A stretch of DNA of 64,000 bases, taken from the NCBI GenBank assembly GCA_051047955.1, contig JBPGPT010000010.1:186001-250000 (forward strand), written 5' to 3'. Both the position numbers and the translations under genes were made by a program. The stretch is from Cystobasidiomycetes sp. EMM_F5 (Eukaryota). Of this stretch, positions 12,916-26,804 are shown one piece after another (position 1 is the first letter of the stretch; each line of letters begins with the position of its first letter). Below the pieces are notes generated by a model, which had not been told where the DNA came from, made no database searches, and worked only from the letters and a program-made list of their open reading frames with translations.

Positions 12916-15655
12916 TCATTGCAAGTCTCCCGCTCTGTATCCCAACTTATTCACAAGAAGCTCCATCAAGTCGCGGCTTTGTTGCTCATCTAAGCCCTTT
13001 ATCCCGTGAGCGGCCAATTCGCCTTGTAACATCCTTGCAGACATCTGGGCTTTATATTCTGCCCTCTCCGCACACCTGCACGCACAATTGTCGCCATGAG
13101 GAGCTGCACCAGTACCAGCAGCGATTTTTGCCTCCAGGTCCGCGACGCGGTGTTCCATCAGCGAATTAATAAATTCCAGTTCCTGAATGCGTGTCTGCAA
13201 CCTAGAAACGTCTTCTGGACCCGAAGCGGGACGAGACGTGACAGGCGGAGAGATGTCGCTGAGGCGCATGGCTGTTACGCGAGATCCGCGAGAGCCTAGC
13301 GACCCAGAGTGCCGGCTGCCAGATCTCGGTGCGCTCAGGGATCTAGCAGAGCGTGAGGAAGATAAAGCCATCGAAAGGGAGGGCAGCGTGACTGCGGAAC
13401 CAGACTCGTCGCTTGCGCGTAGATCCGAGACTGGCCGATGTGTCACAGCGTTTCGGACAATACCGTCATCGAGTTCTGCAGTTTTTATGGTAGATAGACT
13501 TGGAGAGTATGATCTCGAAGATGCACGGCTTGGGTCCCTCATTCTCAGTGCTCCTAGATCGTATGGAAGTCTTTCCTCCCCCTCATGGGCGAAGTCATTC
13601 TCTCTAGTCTTTCGCGTTGTGGATCGTCCGCGGCGCTCTAGGGACTGCGCAGAACGGTCAGCGTAGCCAAAAGGTGGCGAGGTATGTGGTAGGCGAAGCG
13701 AAGTATCCTCCTCCTCGTCAACCACCATAGCATCTATCGCGCCATGCAGCAGTGGAGAAGGGTATGCAGTCACGTCGGGAGATACCACTGTATTCTTTTT
13801 CTGTTCGTCAGGAGAGTCGGATGATGTAGATGATAAGGGCCGCCCCTCCCGAACAGAATTTGAAGCATTGGCGGCACCGGAATGGCGGATTTCCAGTTTA
13901 TGCGTACTAGGTCCACGAGATACAGAGCGTTTCAAGGGCATCTCGTATGGGTGATATGCATTACTGCTCGTGACGGACGCAGAACGCCCCGGTCCGCTCT
14001 CTCCTTGCCGCTGTTGTCCAGCTGCTGCAAAAAGATGATCCAAGCGGGTGCGAGGACGTTCATCCGCTGGCACGGTCCTCCTCCACGAGGATATGTATGG
14101 ATCTGTGGATGTCGATCGATTACTGGATGATGCTATTGGATGAGGAGGTTCAGCTATCGGCGGTATTGGCGGATCGAGAGGGGGGATTTGTTGAATGGAC
14201 GTAGTTGTATCAGCAGGGTTGGACGGCAGGGGGCGATTCGATGGCTGCGTTGTATTTGCCTGCGTATGGTTGTATTCTGATGGATATACTCCTCGACTTG
14301 CGAGAAAGCCTGGAGACAATGTAGAGTTGTATGCATTCGTTCGTGAAACCAGCCCTGTTAGTGATTTTGATGTCTCATCCTGCTGCTTCATTAGAGGATG
14401 TGTACGAATGCCCTGCCCCATAGTGTCGGGTTGAGCACTCCGCTTGTTGTATTGCTGTATAGCCGCAAACAGGGTGTTTGCGTATGAGGTGTTGGCAGGT
14501 GAAATATGAGATGAAGCTGGAGATGTTGTCCTGCTCTGTGATGCACTGGGCGGAGCGCTAGGAGTGGCGCTTGCGGGTGCGCTACCGATTTCGCTAGCAG
14601 ATGAGGCTCGATTGGCAGTACGTTCATTGCCATGTAGCCCAAGAATATCCGCAGGACGCAGCCCATTGCCATTTGAAATCGTATATAACGTATTACCTCC
14701 GAGTAGAGCTCGCTGTCCTTGAAGTTGATTGTAGCGTTCGATAGTACGCCGCGCGTCCATTGATACGCTGCGCCTGTTGAAAGCACTTGCGTTCGCCAGT
14801 GCTGTAGCTGCGGCTAATTCACTATTGTGTGTCGAGGTGAAGGAAGAATCCGCGCTCAAGGGTAGCGCCTTATCTCCGTAAGAAGGTGGTCCGGAGTCTG
14901 TGTGTGTGTCGGTTCGATGAGCTTGTGTGACAGTATGCCGCCGATGCGCCGGACCGCTTAGTCTATGTACATCTCCCTCCACGTCGAACTCGTCGTCGTG
15001 TTCGGCGTCCTCCTCGACGACTTCATCGAGAGCTGGCGATGAGTGCCGTGTAGAAGCAACACTCGGTGCGCGCTGTGCAGCAACGACTCTGCCAGCCGTG
15101 CCGCTCGTAGAAGCCTTCTTGCCTCTCCCTCGGCCGCTTGTGCCAGCTTCTCGCGTCTTTTTATCGCCCTTGGAACGGTTCCGATGCTTGATGACATCCG
15201 ACTTCAACGATACAGGCCTAGGCGTGCCTTTCATTTTCTGGTACAGGGAGCACGCGTTGCATAGCGTACCGCCATCCAGCGAACGCCTCCACAGCGAAGT
15301 AGTCTGTGCATGATATAATGGCATCAGACGGAACCGTGCTTGTAAAGACAATTCTTACATACCCGTGTGGAGCAATTTTCGCAGATTGGCCCATTTGCAT
15401 CGGTTTTAGCTGCTGCAGCGTCTGATGTAGCAATTTCCGGAGACAATGAGGGAGAAGACGGAACTTTCGACCTGCATAAACGTCAATAGTGAGCAGGCAG
15501 TGTCAGCAAGCTCTTCGTGTACCGTAGATTCGGCAAGCTAAATCTCACCCAGAAACATTATCGGCACGTGCTGATAGAGCCATCAGATTATCAGCGGGCG
15601 CCAAAGTCGTCTCTGCCTCTGCCATGTTGACATCGCTTCCCTCTACATCGGTCAT
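12916..15655 (-). CDS. GATA zinc-finger transcription factor with C-terminal leucine zipper (AreB/ASD-4/Dal80 type)
   Basis: Spliced finger CENCSTR|TTSLWRR...LCNACSLY...[15 protein letters not shown] plus zipper [23 protein letters not shown]. Start inferred from manual splicing. Confidence 0.88.
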
Positions 15656-16398
15656 TGTGCGCAGATTTCTCTAGCTCCGCAGAAGCTCGACTTGAATCTT
15701 TGTCGTTTTTGGATGACTTTTTCGCACAACCTCGTGGTCGACGAAGAGCGATGATCGATAGAGCGAGATTTTGGTCTGCAAACGTGCAATACGGGCATAC
15801 AGGGTAATTTGCAGTGGTGGGAAGCGGACGCCGGTCAACCACCTTCACGGCGGTGCGGGCCTGTCGGGATTGTGGAGAGTGGTAGGCCTATCTTTCTCTG
15901 GCTGCGCTGCGATGATGTCGGGTCCCTCGAGCTGGATAATCGCAAGAAGTGCTACGACTGGCCGGCATGGCTAGCACCTTCCACGCAGCATAATCCTGAT
16001 GCAGATCTCATCTTCTTTGCATGGTATTTTGATGGGCGGTAAGCGAGTCTCAAATCCTTATCAAGCGCATCGAATACCGAACCAAACGGACGATCGATTC
16101 GGCAGGAGACAATTTGTTGCGCTCGTCGGGCTTTCTTCTGCGCTTTACAGTCAGGAGAGTACATCAGGTCTGCTCGAGTCCGTCCATGCCGCGCCCCTCA
16201 AGCGCCCCGTCGAAGTCAGCCGCCGTTTGCGCGTTCCGATAGGCTTGTTTCAGCAAAACTCTGCAAATGTTGGAAGAAACGTCGAGGTACTATCAGAGGG
16301 AGATATTGCGATACTGGCAGCGTTAGGGCTTTCCTCCTTTTCCGAAACCTTCTGCAGAAGCAGTAATTCACACCTTGGCAAGCCTTGATTCCTTCAAG

Positions 16399-17607
16399 AT
16401 GACATCGCAATGCAACTTGGTCGTGATGGACGGCGGGATGGTCAGCAACGTCCCGCATATCTTCCTATCCATCGACGTCCGGACTGAGAATCGATTGAAA
16501 GGGCACGACTCTCGAGGATGAATTTGCAGTAGATGTCGGCTCCAGCACGCTGTGGTCGAGCTCGCTTCTGAGCCACGAATCTGGATTGAGGACACTAAAG
16601 CAGCTACATACATCCTTCATCTCGGCTGGCGCTACAGTTATCCAGACTTGCACGTACGTCTCTCTTTGCTGCACATTGTCCGATTACCTGAAACAATCTC
16701 AATTTTCAGTTACCAGACATGCATCGAAGCCTTCGAGCGAGAAGGAATCAACGCCGAAGCAGCTCTGTCAATGATGCTCCAGGCTGTCGACCTTACCTAC
16801 GGGTGTTGTGAAGAGGCTCAGCGAAATTGCAAAGTCTTGTTATCTCTCTCCAGCTTTGGGGCAACGGTCGTTCCCGCAAGCCAGGAGTATGGAGGAAAGT
16901 ACCCAACTCCATACGGGCCACCGTCTCAAGATGCCAGTGTCGCACTCGAACAGTGGCACTATGACAGAATTGCCATTTTCATCAAACAGCTAAGCACCTG
17001 GTCGCGCATCTCGTATCTAGCCGTTGAAACAGTCCCTCTGTTATCTGAAGCTCTGGCTGTGTGCCGAGCTGTGAGACGACTGCAGCGCGACCACGAAGGT
17101 ACATTTTGGCCAAAATGGTATATATCTTTTGTTTTTCCGGATGGCATATTTCCAGAAGACGATCACAGCCCATGCGACATTGCAACGGCCTTATTTGCAC
17201 AACAAGAGGACGAGACCGCTCTTCCGAATGGCATCGGAGTCAACTGTACAAAAATGTCATATCTGCCTGGCATAATATCCGGCTATATGGCAGCTTTGGA
17301 GGCTATAGACGGGAATGCAGCTCCGCGACCGTTCCTCGCGGTCTATCCGGATGGTGGTTTGACCTACGATACCACCACGAAAATCTGGCATGCGCCGGCG
17401 GGATCAAACGCCAACGATTCCGCGGCGACGGTATGGGCTCAACAGCTTGCCGACCTGGGTAGGGCTGCTGCCTCTAGGCGCACAGCGTCGGGACAGACAG
17501 TATGGTCGGAGGTCTTGCTCGGCGGGTGCTGCAAGGCAGGGCCAGAATACATACGAGAGCTATCGCGTTTGGTAGACGAAATGAGCACCGCACTTGATAA
17601 CATGTAG
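16399..17607 (+). CDS. Homocysteine S-methyltransferase (Sam4/Mht1 family)
   Basis: VMDGGM|GTTLE, LHTSFISAGA..IQTCTYQ, LAVETVP and the zinc-binding motifs GVNC and GGCC. Confidence 0.88.
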
Positions 17608-17643
17608 CGATCGTATTGTAAACGATCGCGCAGCTGAATTTGC

Positions 17644-19861
17644 CTAGATGTCCATGCCTGTATCGCCTCGTTCTCGCTTTTGCTTGAAGGAAGATTTTGC
17701 GAAAGACCCAGCCTTTGCGAGTGCCTGGGCAGTCAGGACGGTACCTTCCGCTGGCGCATTCTTGATACTCGCAGCTGCACTGATCGCCTTGGTCGTTTTC
17801 TGCTTGAGGTTCGTCGACGCCGTATCGATGCGCAATTCATGCGTCTTCTGCCCTGGCGGTAATCGGCGCTCCCAGATCTGCGTTCGCGGAGATTGCGTCA
17901 GACCTGCAATGGCGACACCTTATCGTATAACCGCCTTACCTGAATGTAAGATTCGCCCAAGAAGACTAGTTGCTTGTTAATTTCTTCAACTATCAAGTCT
18001 TGGATTTGGTACCACGTTTCCTCAGTCTGCGACCCAGGTTGGCTTCTTGTGTGCACATGTGCCTTCCAGGTGGTTTCAGCGTGGGCTGTACCAGCCATCG
18101 ACTCGTGCGTAATATTGGCTACCAAGTCATAGACAGTTGTGAATGAAGGGTCATCGAGATTAGGAGTAATCACTGTACAGCAGAAGAGGTCAGCGGGCGA
18201 AATTTTCTCGAGGTTTATTGCCGACTCACAATCCTGCATATCAACACCTTTGAGCGGAAAATTAATGATTGTCGGATTCTTCTCTTCAACGAAGTTGTTC
18301 GATGTAAAGCGCTTGATGTGAAGAATGATGAACGGAGGTAATCTCGTCAGTTTGTATCTCCTCAGTCGCCCAGCTGTTTCTTGGGTTGTTTGCCCGTCGT
18401 ATTTATTCAGCACTGTGGAGATGGGCACTTGCGGTATAATGTTGTTGCGCTCAGTCGAGTCCTGGAAAACTCGGATAGGCGGTAGATCTATAGCAAGGAA
18501 TAGAAAAGGTGATTTTGTCTCCTTGATTTCTGGATTTTACGCGTCAGTATGAGTCGCTTTCCTCGCTTGTGGTGCATCCTACCTCGTCCAAGATCAAACT
18601 TTGTCCGTTCTATGCCCTCAAAATCAGACTTTACCAGGATTGCTTGGTCTTCCGCCCTCAATTCTCCCTGGAAGATCGAATATATTACACCTGTATCGAT
18701 ATTTAGCCAATAAACAATGTCAAGCATGGAATACCAACTCTGCTTACTTGAATTGGCCTTCCTGGTTCCACCTAAGTCTCTATGTAGCGCATTCAGCAAC
18801 CAGCTCAGGAACTCCAGTGGATCTCCCTCCTCCGTAATTTTGAATCGCTTGTTGCTCGCACTTGACACTTCTTGCAGGAACTCGTGGGGCGAGACTTGAC
18901 TCTTGAAATTCTTGGGGTTCCACATTCGCCTGGCAAGGGCGCCGAAACGCTTTACCAACTCTGATCTGTTGTCTGCTTGGAAAGAGCCGCCTTGCGCATC
19001 GTTCGATGCCTTTTTGGATGGCTGGGAGTGAAAGATGAAGTAATCTCGTAGAGGAGTGACATGAAGGAGCGCCTGCAAGACCACATTCATGTACGAATTT
19101 GAGCGGATATTGTTTAAACCAATGAAGCCAGGTTTGTAGACTTGGCTTGTTAGAGTATATGCCGGCTGGGACCCCTCGTCTAGATTACGGAGGAGCTTAG
19201 GCGTGAACATTGGCGATAATAGATACCGAATGTCATCAAGCGAAGGGTCGTTCACTTCGTATGAGTCAGGCAGAACGTATACCTGTTGAATCTGTTAGCA
19301 TCCGCGAGAAATCTAGCTTTGACAGAGAGCGGGAACTACCTTGAGGGTCTGTAGATTGACAAATACGTGATGGTCATCGTGTATGGAGTGAGCATACGCG
19401 TGCGAGCTTTTGCCACGGCCTTGGAAGTACTTTCCGCAGACGAGACAAGCGTAAATATTGATGTTTGAGAGGCTGACGGAGCATAATCGTTCAAAATCGA
19501 AATCCAGTAGGTTTCTGTTGATCTGTTTGAACGTGACCTATCAGCAAAGTACCACGGCAGAAGACGCTGTAACTAGTCTGACAGTATCCAGATAAAGATC
19601 GCCTGATGGCGGAACTACCGAACTGGCTTCTCCCTGACCGTCATTCAAGCCATACGGATCTTCTTCAAGATCGTCTTCAGGTTCTTTCAGCGCAGTATGA
19701 CCATTCGTTGTCGGCTCTGAGACATGCTTTGGTTCGCCAGTTGATATTTCGCTTGCGGAAGCGCCAGGCTCCGATGCCCCATTGGCAGTAGATGCTTGCA
19801 CATCTTGGGCGACGTCCACTCTAGCTCGCTTTGCAGCGCGTTCACTCGTATCATCGCTCAT
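17644..19861 (-). CDS. SAD1: U4/U6.U5 tri-snRNP protein Sad1/USP39 (ZnF-UBP plus pseudo-USP domain)
   Basis: DLYLDT|INRNLLDFDFERLCSVSLSNINIYACLVCGKYFQGRG, GFIGLNNI, FKSQVSPHEFLQ, EKNPTIINFP and SYIQIWERR. Confidence 0.95.
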
Positions 19862-20688
19862 TGCGGTTGCAGAGGTCGATCACCAGGGTCGGTTTCGTCA
19901 AAGGATGCAACACGGCCCCGGTGAGCTTGGCTTTATTCCGACTGATAAAGCAAACACAAAGAGTCACGATACTGTCTTGAAAATCCTGGCCGTTCTGACA
20001 TTATTCATCCACACTCGTCCGTCTGCCATCTCGCTCCATACACCCGCCCAAGTCACAACATCGTTATTCGAAAGCAGAAGTCCAACCCACACCCCTTCAT
20101 GAGCTCGCACATCTTTGGCCGATAACGTTATGCTACAAAATCTGCTCGTCCTGGGCAAATCTACAAAATTTTGTCCTGCAAAATCGTCAGGCGGCGATTG
20201 AATGATGATTCCTAGCGGGTCACTTTCAAGACAGCCTACTTTCTACAAGCCTACCGTACTTCGTTCACTCGAATGCGCGTGCGGCTTCGGCCTATATCGA
20301 ACAATGCGCGCCATACAAGTGGCGCGTAGCCCTTCTCAGGACACAGCACAGCGACTCTAAAGATCCATTCGCTGTTCAGAACTGTGTAGTATACAGGGCA
20401 AACATGTTTTACACATACTTATAAGCCGCGCGTCGTCCGAACTGGCCATCGCTCGACTTCGATGAAAGCAGTGTTTTTGCGCAGATCTTCTTCGAATGAT
20501 TAAATAACATGCTTGTTGCCAATATGCACACCTTCTACACATGAGAATTGTCCACATTGAAATGTACTGTTCTACTTACTTGCATATGCAGTGAGCTGCT
20601 GACGACATTAGGAGACAAGACTAATACAATACAAATCGGGCACTTCACGTCTGAACGGTATAGATGACCAGCGTCTTCGGCGAGCCTC

Positions 20689-23357
20689 TTAGCACTTGTC
20701 GATAAGCCTGTTCTTTGGGAAGCCCTTGCTGCTGTAATCTGACCAAACAGTCATGTTGTTATCCGTGTAAGCACCGATGTGGGCATCGATGTATTTCGAT
20801 GTGGGGTAGTCCGCTGGGTCGCAGCCAATGTTGATGATATCGTTGCGCTGGTAGATGCGGACGTAATCGACCTTCATGATGGCAGGGAAAACGAGATTTG
20901 CAAAGTCGACATTGCCGAATTGCTCAGACATGCCGAAATTCAAGATGGCATAGTGTGGTTCGTTGGAGATGACTCTCTGGCTGATATTTGCCGCGGCATT
21001 GGCCTGCATTCCAGACTCCTTGAGCGTCCAAGTAGGCTTGCCGCCAATCATCCAGGTGATATAGGCATTTCCATTGCCATATTTCTGAGACGAGAGAAGG
21101 CATTCTTAGCATGTTGTTATCCAAAATGAGTGGTCGCAAAAGGCACTCACGCTCGGGATCCACTCGAATCCGTAAGTATTGAACTTTTTATTGTCTAGCA
21201 GCTCGTATGACTGCTGGTCGCTGTCCGGAAGGCCAGAGACAGCTTGCTGATACACCCCGCCGACGTAGGGATTTAGATGAGAGTTCATGTAGTCGTAAAA
21301 TTTAAAATCGGCATCTGACTTATTGTGCCAATGATACTGGGCATCGTATGGCGCAAATTGAGCAGATTGCGAGACAGTGCCCTTCATATCCCCGTTAGCG
21401 TCAGGCTCGACTGCTGCTTCGATGATGTCGATTTCTGGCGCAGACCTGCCGCGATACCTATTTTGGCCTGACAGCCAAGGTCCAGGGTGGTCTTCTCCTT
21501 TGCATGTACAGGCGGATAATCTTTGACCTGGTTGGTAGCTGAGACCGTTATCGCCGGGATACTGATGCCATTGTGCAGCTGCAGGGCCCTTTGTGACCGG
21601 ATCTGTCTGATTGGCCAGTGTTCCGATATCGCAGCTGTCGTACGAGTATGGCCACATTCCTTCATTTGTTGCACCAAAACCAGCTCTTCCGAGATTGCCC
21701 ATAGTCCAGGCACCAGCTGCAATCAATAGTCTCAGCAAAATGCTTTGAAGAAGACGGGCAGGGTAGCTTACGCCAGAAGCCTTGTACATCAGGCCGTCCA
21801 GGCAGATTGATCGCGACTTCGATGTAGCCTCCGGTGAAGCAGAACTGATTCCAGGATTGCAACATAGCACTACTGTAGTTGAAGCCGTAATTGGTTCGCG
21901 GATTCTGTTTCGTCATGTTTAGAAGTAAGGCCCCCCCTTTCGTTGTTGCTCCGCGAGGATCATAATACTCCAGGTTATCCGTTGCATCTGTTGTCAAGCA
22001 CGTACGACTTTAGCACTCTTTCACACAGCCTCATAACCTCGACTGACAGTAATGTGCACTGACTGCCGTCCAGTATGGATCGTCTCCGGGGTAGAAGGTC
22101 CGCCCATCCTGGTTGAATTCGTCGGAAAAGACCAGTGTCCATGGCTTTCCATCCGTCCCTGTTCGTGTGTAACTCGACTGAGGCGTGTCGGAGTCAATGA
22201 GACCCCTAAAACCCTGTATTTGCGGGACTTGACCGGTAGAATTTGTAAACATGGATGAGCTTTTAGATGTCAATTGAATGACTTGTGTAACGACTGGATA
22301 TGCCACAAACATGCCCATGAGCTGGAAAGAAGCGCGAAAAAATGCGCGTTAGTCGAACCGCATCTTGCGTATGACTGTCGTAACTCACGCAAGTCAAGAG
22401 AAAGACTAAAGAACCAGCATTGAGTATTGCTCGACCAGAAAAGAAGCTTGTACACTGCTTTGCGTGTCTCGGCTCGCCTATCCGGTGATCGTCTCCTGTG
22501 GTTGGTAGTCTTCTCCCAGGATCATGCATAGCGTCATCCTTCTCTGGCGCGAAGTGTGTAAGCATCGCAATATCAGGCATGATATCGTATGTATGCGACG
22601 CCGACGTCAAGAGCTTCTTCTGCCCCTTTTCAAAATCCTCATAACACGTCTTTGGCCTCTCCTTCTTTCCGTTACTGTTTGTCCTTCCTGGAGCTTTAGC
22701 ATTGGGATCGTCTTTCAAGAAGGAATACGAGGATGAGGATGCTGCAGACGATGCAGAGACGTCGCGATGCATTGGCTCACTGCCCAATAAGTTGGTTGTG
22801 GAATCGTTGTCGAATCTGCTGACGGTTGAAGCATTATTGTGAATGAACGATAATTGCGCGGGCGCCTAATGGACACGAGCGGTAAGTTAGCATCGTGACA
22901 AGCGCCATATCGTGGCCCGCGTAGGGTGCCGTTGAGACACATTGGCCTTCCAACGGCTTGTAACGGTCGTGACTTTCGACAGAGCCAGGTTGCGTTGTAA
23001 GAGTGCTTACCCATTCTGCTTGACCTGTCCTCATTCTCACCAAATCGTCTACACCCCCATCTCTTGACGGATCTCTGTTGCCCATAAACGCAGCTCGGAT
23101 GCCAGAACTGGCCGCATCCTTTGGCCCGAGAAACGGATTATTGCTGCTTGTGGAGTGACTTGTCGAGGAAGTGCTAGCTGTGCTGCTAGTACTAGCAAAC
23201 GACTGATCTCTCTGATTCCTGTGTGTCTGCAGCGGTCTTCTTGCTGGATCATTGTCGCGAATCAGTCGCGGCGGCCTGCAAGTCAGAAGAAAGTACGGGA
23301 CGTAAGCCGTGTCCGCGAAAGGACGCTGCTAGAGACTCACCCGCCGAATCCTGACAT
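20689..23357 (-). CDS. KRE6: KRE6/SKN1 beta-1,6-glucan synthesis-associated GH16 membrane protein
   Basis: LVFSDEFNQDGRTFYPGDDPYW, QSWNQFCFTGG, PGQRLSACTC, catalytic EIDIIE and VDYVRIYQ; single TM segment after a disordered N-terminus. Confidence 0.92.
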
Positions 23358-23901
23358 CTTGACAAGGAGAGAGTGTGTCCAGCACACTTATTCCCACCTC
23401 GCCGTTGCTACTCTACAAAAGCCTTGCCAGCAAACGTTCTTTTAAAGATGGTACCGGCAGAGCTGGTGCGAGAACAGTTCTTCACGACAGGAATGGGCAA
23501 GTTTTATCCAAGACCTGAGAGTCGTCTTTCTACTGCACAACACTCTGAACTCTGGCTCTGATTATCTGCCAATCTACTTTTTACGTGAAAGCGATCCCGC
23601 GAGTAGTTTTGCCTCGGCGCTTCCGCAAAGGACGTGTTTTTCGAGGCATGCGCAGTTTATCTGGCGAATTAGGGTACTTAATGATAAACAGGGCAGCGCA
23701 AACACTACACAACAAGCATACGAATGCTCTACAAGCGCGACAGCTGCTCGCCCTAGCATACAGCAGCCAGGTTTTCGTGTCTTCCATCTTGCCTCTTGCT
23801 CTCGAGACGCGTCCAAAGCAACGCGATCGAGATTTCTGAGGCCGAGGCCCAGAGTCGACCGGTGACGACATGGCAGCAAACGCAAACTTGCATCTCCAAG
23901 C

Positions 23902-25254
23902 ATGAAGCAGAGTACGCTGCAGACTGCAACCACCACCGACCGCAATAAGCGGGTGCTGGATGATGCAAGTGGCCATGTTGCACGAAAATCTGCGCGGCGG
24001 AAAGCTGGGACGGCCGGCCAACCGATTGAACTGGATGATGCCGGAGTCATTGACCTGAGTGCTGCGGACGATGATACTGAAGATACGACCGCGACCAAGG
24101 CGGACGTGCTGGACAGCCAAAGTTTCGAATCGCAATCTGTTACCAATGTGGACTCTCTTGACCCATTGGCGTCGACGTCAGTGCTGCCTGCAGTCAGTGA
24201 ACACAGCGGCCCATCCGCTCTACAGCCAAATCGCATAAACCCACCCTCATTCAATCTATCCGATGTGTTCACTGACGTCAAGCCGCAAGTCATTCTGAAG
24301 GACCCTGACCTTGATTTGCTGTTCTTCAAGAAACTGAGTAAGTCAAGGCTCGCATTCACAACACCAACACGCCCGTATGCTGATTGTGACATTGTTCCGA
24401 ATCAGTCAAGGGGAAGCAGCTATACGAATATCTCCTGGCCCAACTGCCATGGTATCGCGTCACGTATCAGACTCGTGGCACGACGATAAGAACGCCGAGA
24501 TGGACGTGTGAGCCTATTCCTTTATTACTGCACGCAATACGGGTTGATAGTCCGATTGTTTCGCTAGGCGTGTGGGGCTGTGACGAGACGGGGGCATCAC
24601 AAAGCACATACAAGATACGACCTCGACCTATACCGGCTGTACTGGACGAGTTACGGCAGCGTGTAGAAGCGGAGACAAATGCAAAGTACAATTTTTGCTT
24701 GGTAAACTTTTATGAGAATGGCAAGGATAGCATATCGTGGCATAGCGATGACGAATCGTGAGTATCTGATGACAACGGCGACCTCGTAGTCTCCAAGGCA
24801 CTGATGTCATGTCTTTACGTTGCAGCTTTCTTGGACCTCTGCCGTGTATAGCTTCGCTGTCACTCGGGAGTAATCGAGATTTTCAGATGAAGCACAAGAC
24901 GGACAAGTCTGCAAAAGTGGAGAAGTGGTCACTGGAATCTGGGTACGGAAAAGTCTTACTTTCGTGCCTCGTTGCCGCCGCTGAACCTTGGCTATAGCGA
25001 TATGGTGGTCATGCGGGGTACCACACAATCTCGATGGCTGCACAGTGTGCCGAAACGGGCTAATGCAGGGGGAAGGATCAATATCACATTTAGGAGAGCT
25101 GTCAACACAGCTGGGACTAACAAGTGAGACGCTTATCCCGATGGAATGCGCGCATTTTGCTGATGTAGAAGCTTTGTGCAGCTACTACCGATACAACGTG
25201 TACACTGGTCCTGTTCATAGATGGCGTAACCATCAAATGGTGGAAGTTGTCTAG
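23902..25254 (+). CDS. AlkB-family Fe(II)/2-oxoglutarate dioxygenase (ALKBH2/3-like)
   Basis: LPWYRV, TPRWT, LVNFYENGKDSISWHSDDE, IASLSLG and WLHSVPKR...RINITFR motifs. Confidence 0.9.
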
Positions 25255-25535
25255 AACCATATTCGAATAGCAGTGCAGCCTTCGAATTCTCATACAGCCT
25301 TCTCCTACATTATCCGGCATTCATTGTGAAGCATACGTTTGCCAAAAAGATTACCTGAGCCTGTTCAACGCACACTCAAGCGCACAGAGGGTCGCTCTGT
25401 CTGCACAACTTCGGCTGGTGCTCTGTTTGTGAACCATAGAGCTCGATGCTTGCACCACGTGAGGATCGTCATTCTTGCCCGTGCCTGAAGAGCAAGTTGC
25501 CTTTAGCAACAGGTTGTTCGGAAACCATATCAACC

Positions 25536-26763
25536 ATGGAAGGCATTTTACGAAAATATGTTCTGCGAGACCTGTATCAGCCTCACCCTTGGTGGGGCTT
25601 CGATGGTCCGTATACGAGATTACAGATGGATGACGGATCGTCTTTCATATTTATCATGTCGTCGGTATGGAAAGCAAAGACCCGGCCATACCTCTGCCAC
25701 GCCTCCTACGCGCCTCTTCCTCATATGCAGTCCACAAGCTCAAATGAAATAAACGGCTTCGCGTGCGATTTCTATCCGAACGCAATGGGAATCACCCGGC
25801 GGCGGCAGTATGACCAAGGTGCTACAGCAGCTTTCACTCAGACCGCCTTTATACCTGAACAAGATGCTGTCTTCAAGCTACATGTCGATGACGGGCGACA
25901 AATCTACGATCATCACTTTACGCACCCCGATACCAAGCAGCAACTCAAGATTAATGTCGACATCAAGGACAATACTTCACACTCTTTGCTGGGCCCGATG
26001 TGGATAGCACGCTTCCTGCCGATACCACTGAAATGGCACATCTTTTCAACACGGTCCAAGGCTGTCGTCACGATATCGGAAGGCGATAACGTACTGCTAA
26101 AAAAGACTGGACTTGCACATCAAGAGAAGAATTGGGGTATTGGTGAGCCTCTTCTGGCTGGGTGTATGGTGTTCGTACTGAAAATATGGTTCAGGCTTCC
26201 CTTCAGCGTGGATATGGTGTCAAGGGTTTTCTATTCCAGAGAAGAAAGGATCGCTGGCCATAGCAGGCGGAGCAGTGACATTCTTCCTGCGAGCCTTCAT
26301 GGTCGCCTACCGATCTCCGCGCACAGACCGCAACTGGAACTTTGGGCCGGCAAGCACAATGCAGCTATTTGGCTGGGGACCATTCTGTAGCCTCACAAAG
26401 AACAAGAGCGAGGAGGGAGTACTTGAACTCTCATGCACGAATTGGCTACGAGGCCGGAAGATGGTGGTGCATGGCAGTGGCAAGCCCGAAACATTCCAGG
26501 TCATGAGTGCTCCTTTACCGCAAGGTCATACGCCATGGTACTGTCACGAGACCTTTCAAGCTACATACAGGATCACTTTGTACGAGAAGAGGTGGTTCCG
26601 AGCCTGGGAGAAGGTGGAGGAAACAACAATGGACAATTCCGCATTAGAGTATGTGTACATGTCCTGCATTGTTTGAATGGTCTAACATCGTGTGTGCAGA
26701 TTCGGGGGATCTTGGAGTCATTGGTGGAGAGAATATCAAGAACAACAGCAAAAGGACACTTGA
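25536..26763 (+). CDS. Tocopherol cyclase-like protein
   Basis: PH...FDGPYTRL N-terminus, AHQEKNWG|..FPSAWIWCQG, CHETF and C-terminal ALE|FGG resemble the tocopherol cyclase (VTE1) family; two introns. Confidence 0.7.
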
Positions 26764-26804
26764 GCAGCACTGCCGCAAGCAGTTGAAGCGTGTCATCTCT
26801 GCAA

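Noticed and set aside
19080..19130. Ser at the catalytic-Cys position of Sad1 (NNIRSNSY) suggesting restored hydrolase activity
   Set aside because: The His-box catalytic His is also absent; Sad1/USP39 is an established pseudo-enzyme.
23574..24392. Long antisense ORFs (e.g. 23574-24392, 57506-58420, 2216-2926, 39333-40016 alternative frame)
   Set aside because: They overlap well-supported genes and have no motifs; expected shadow ORFs.
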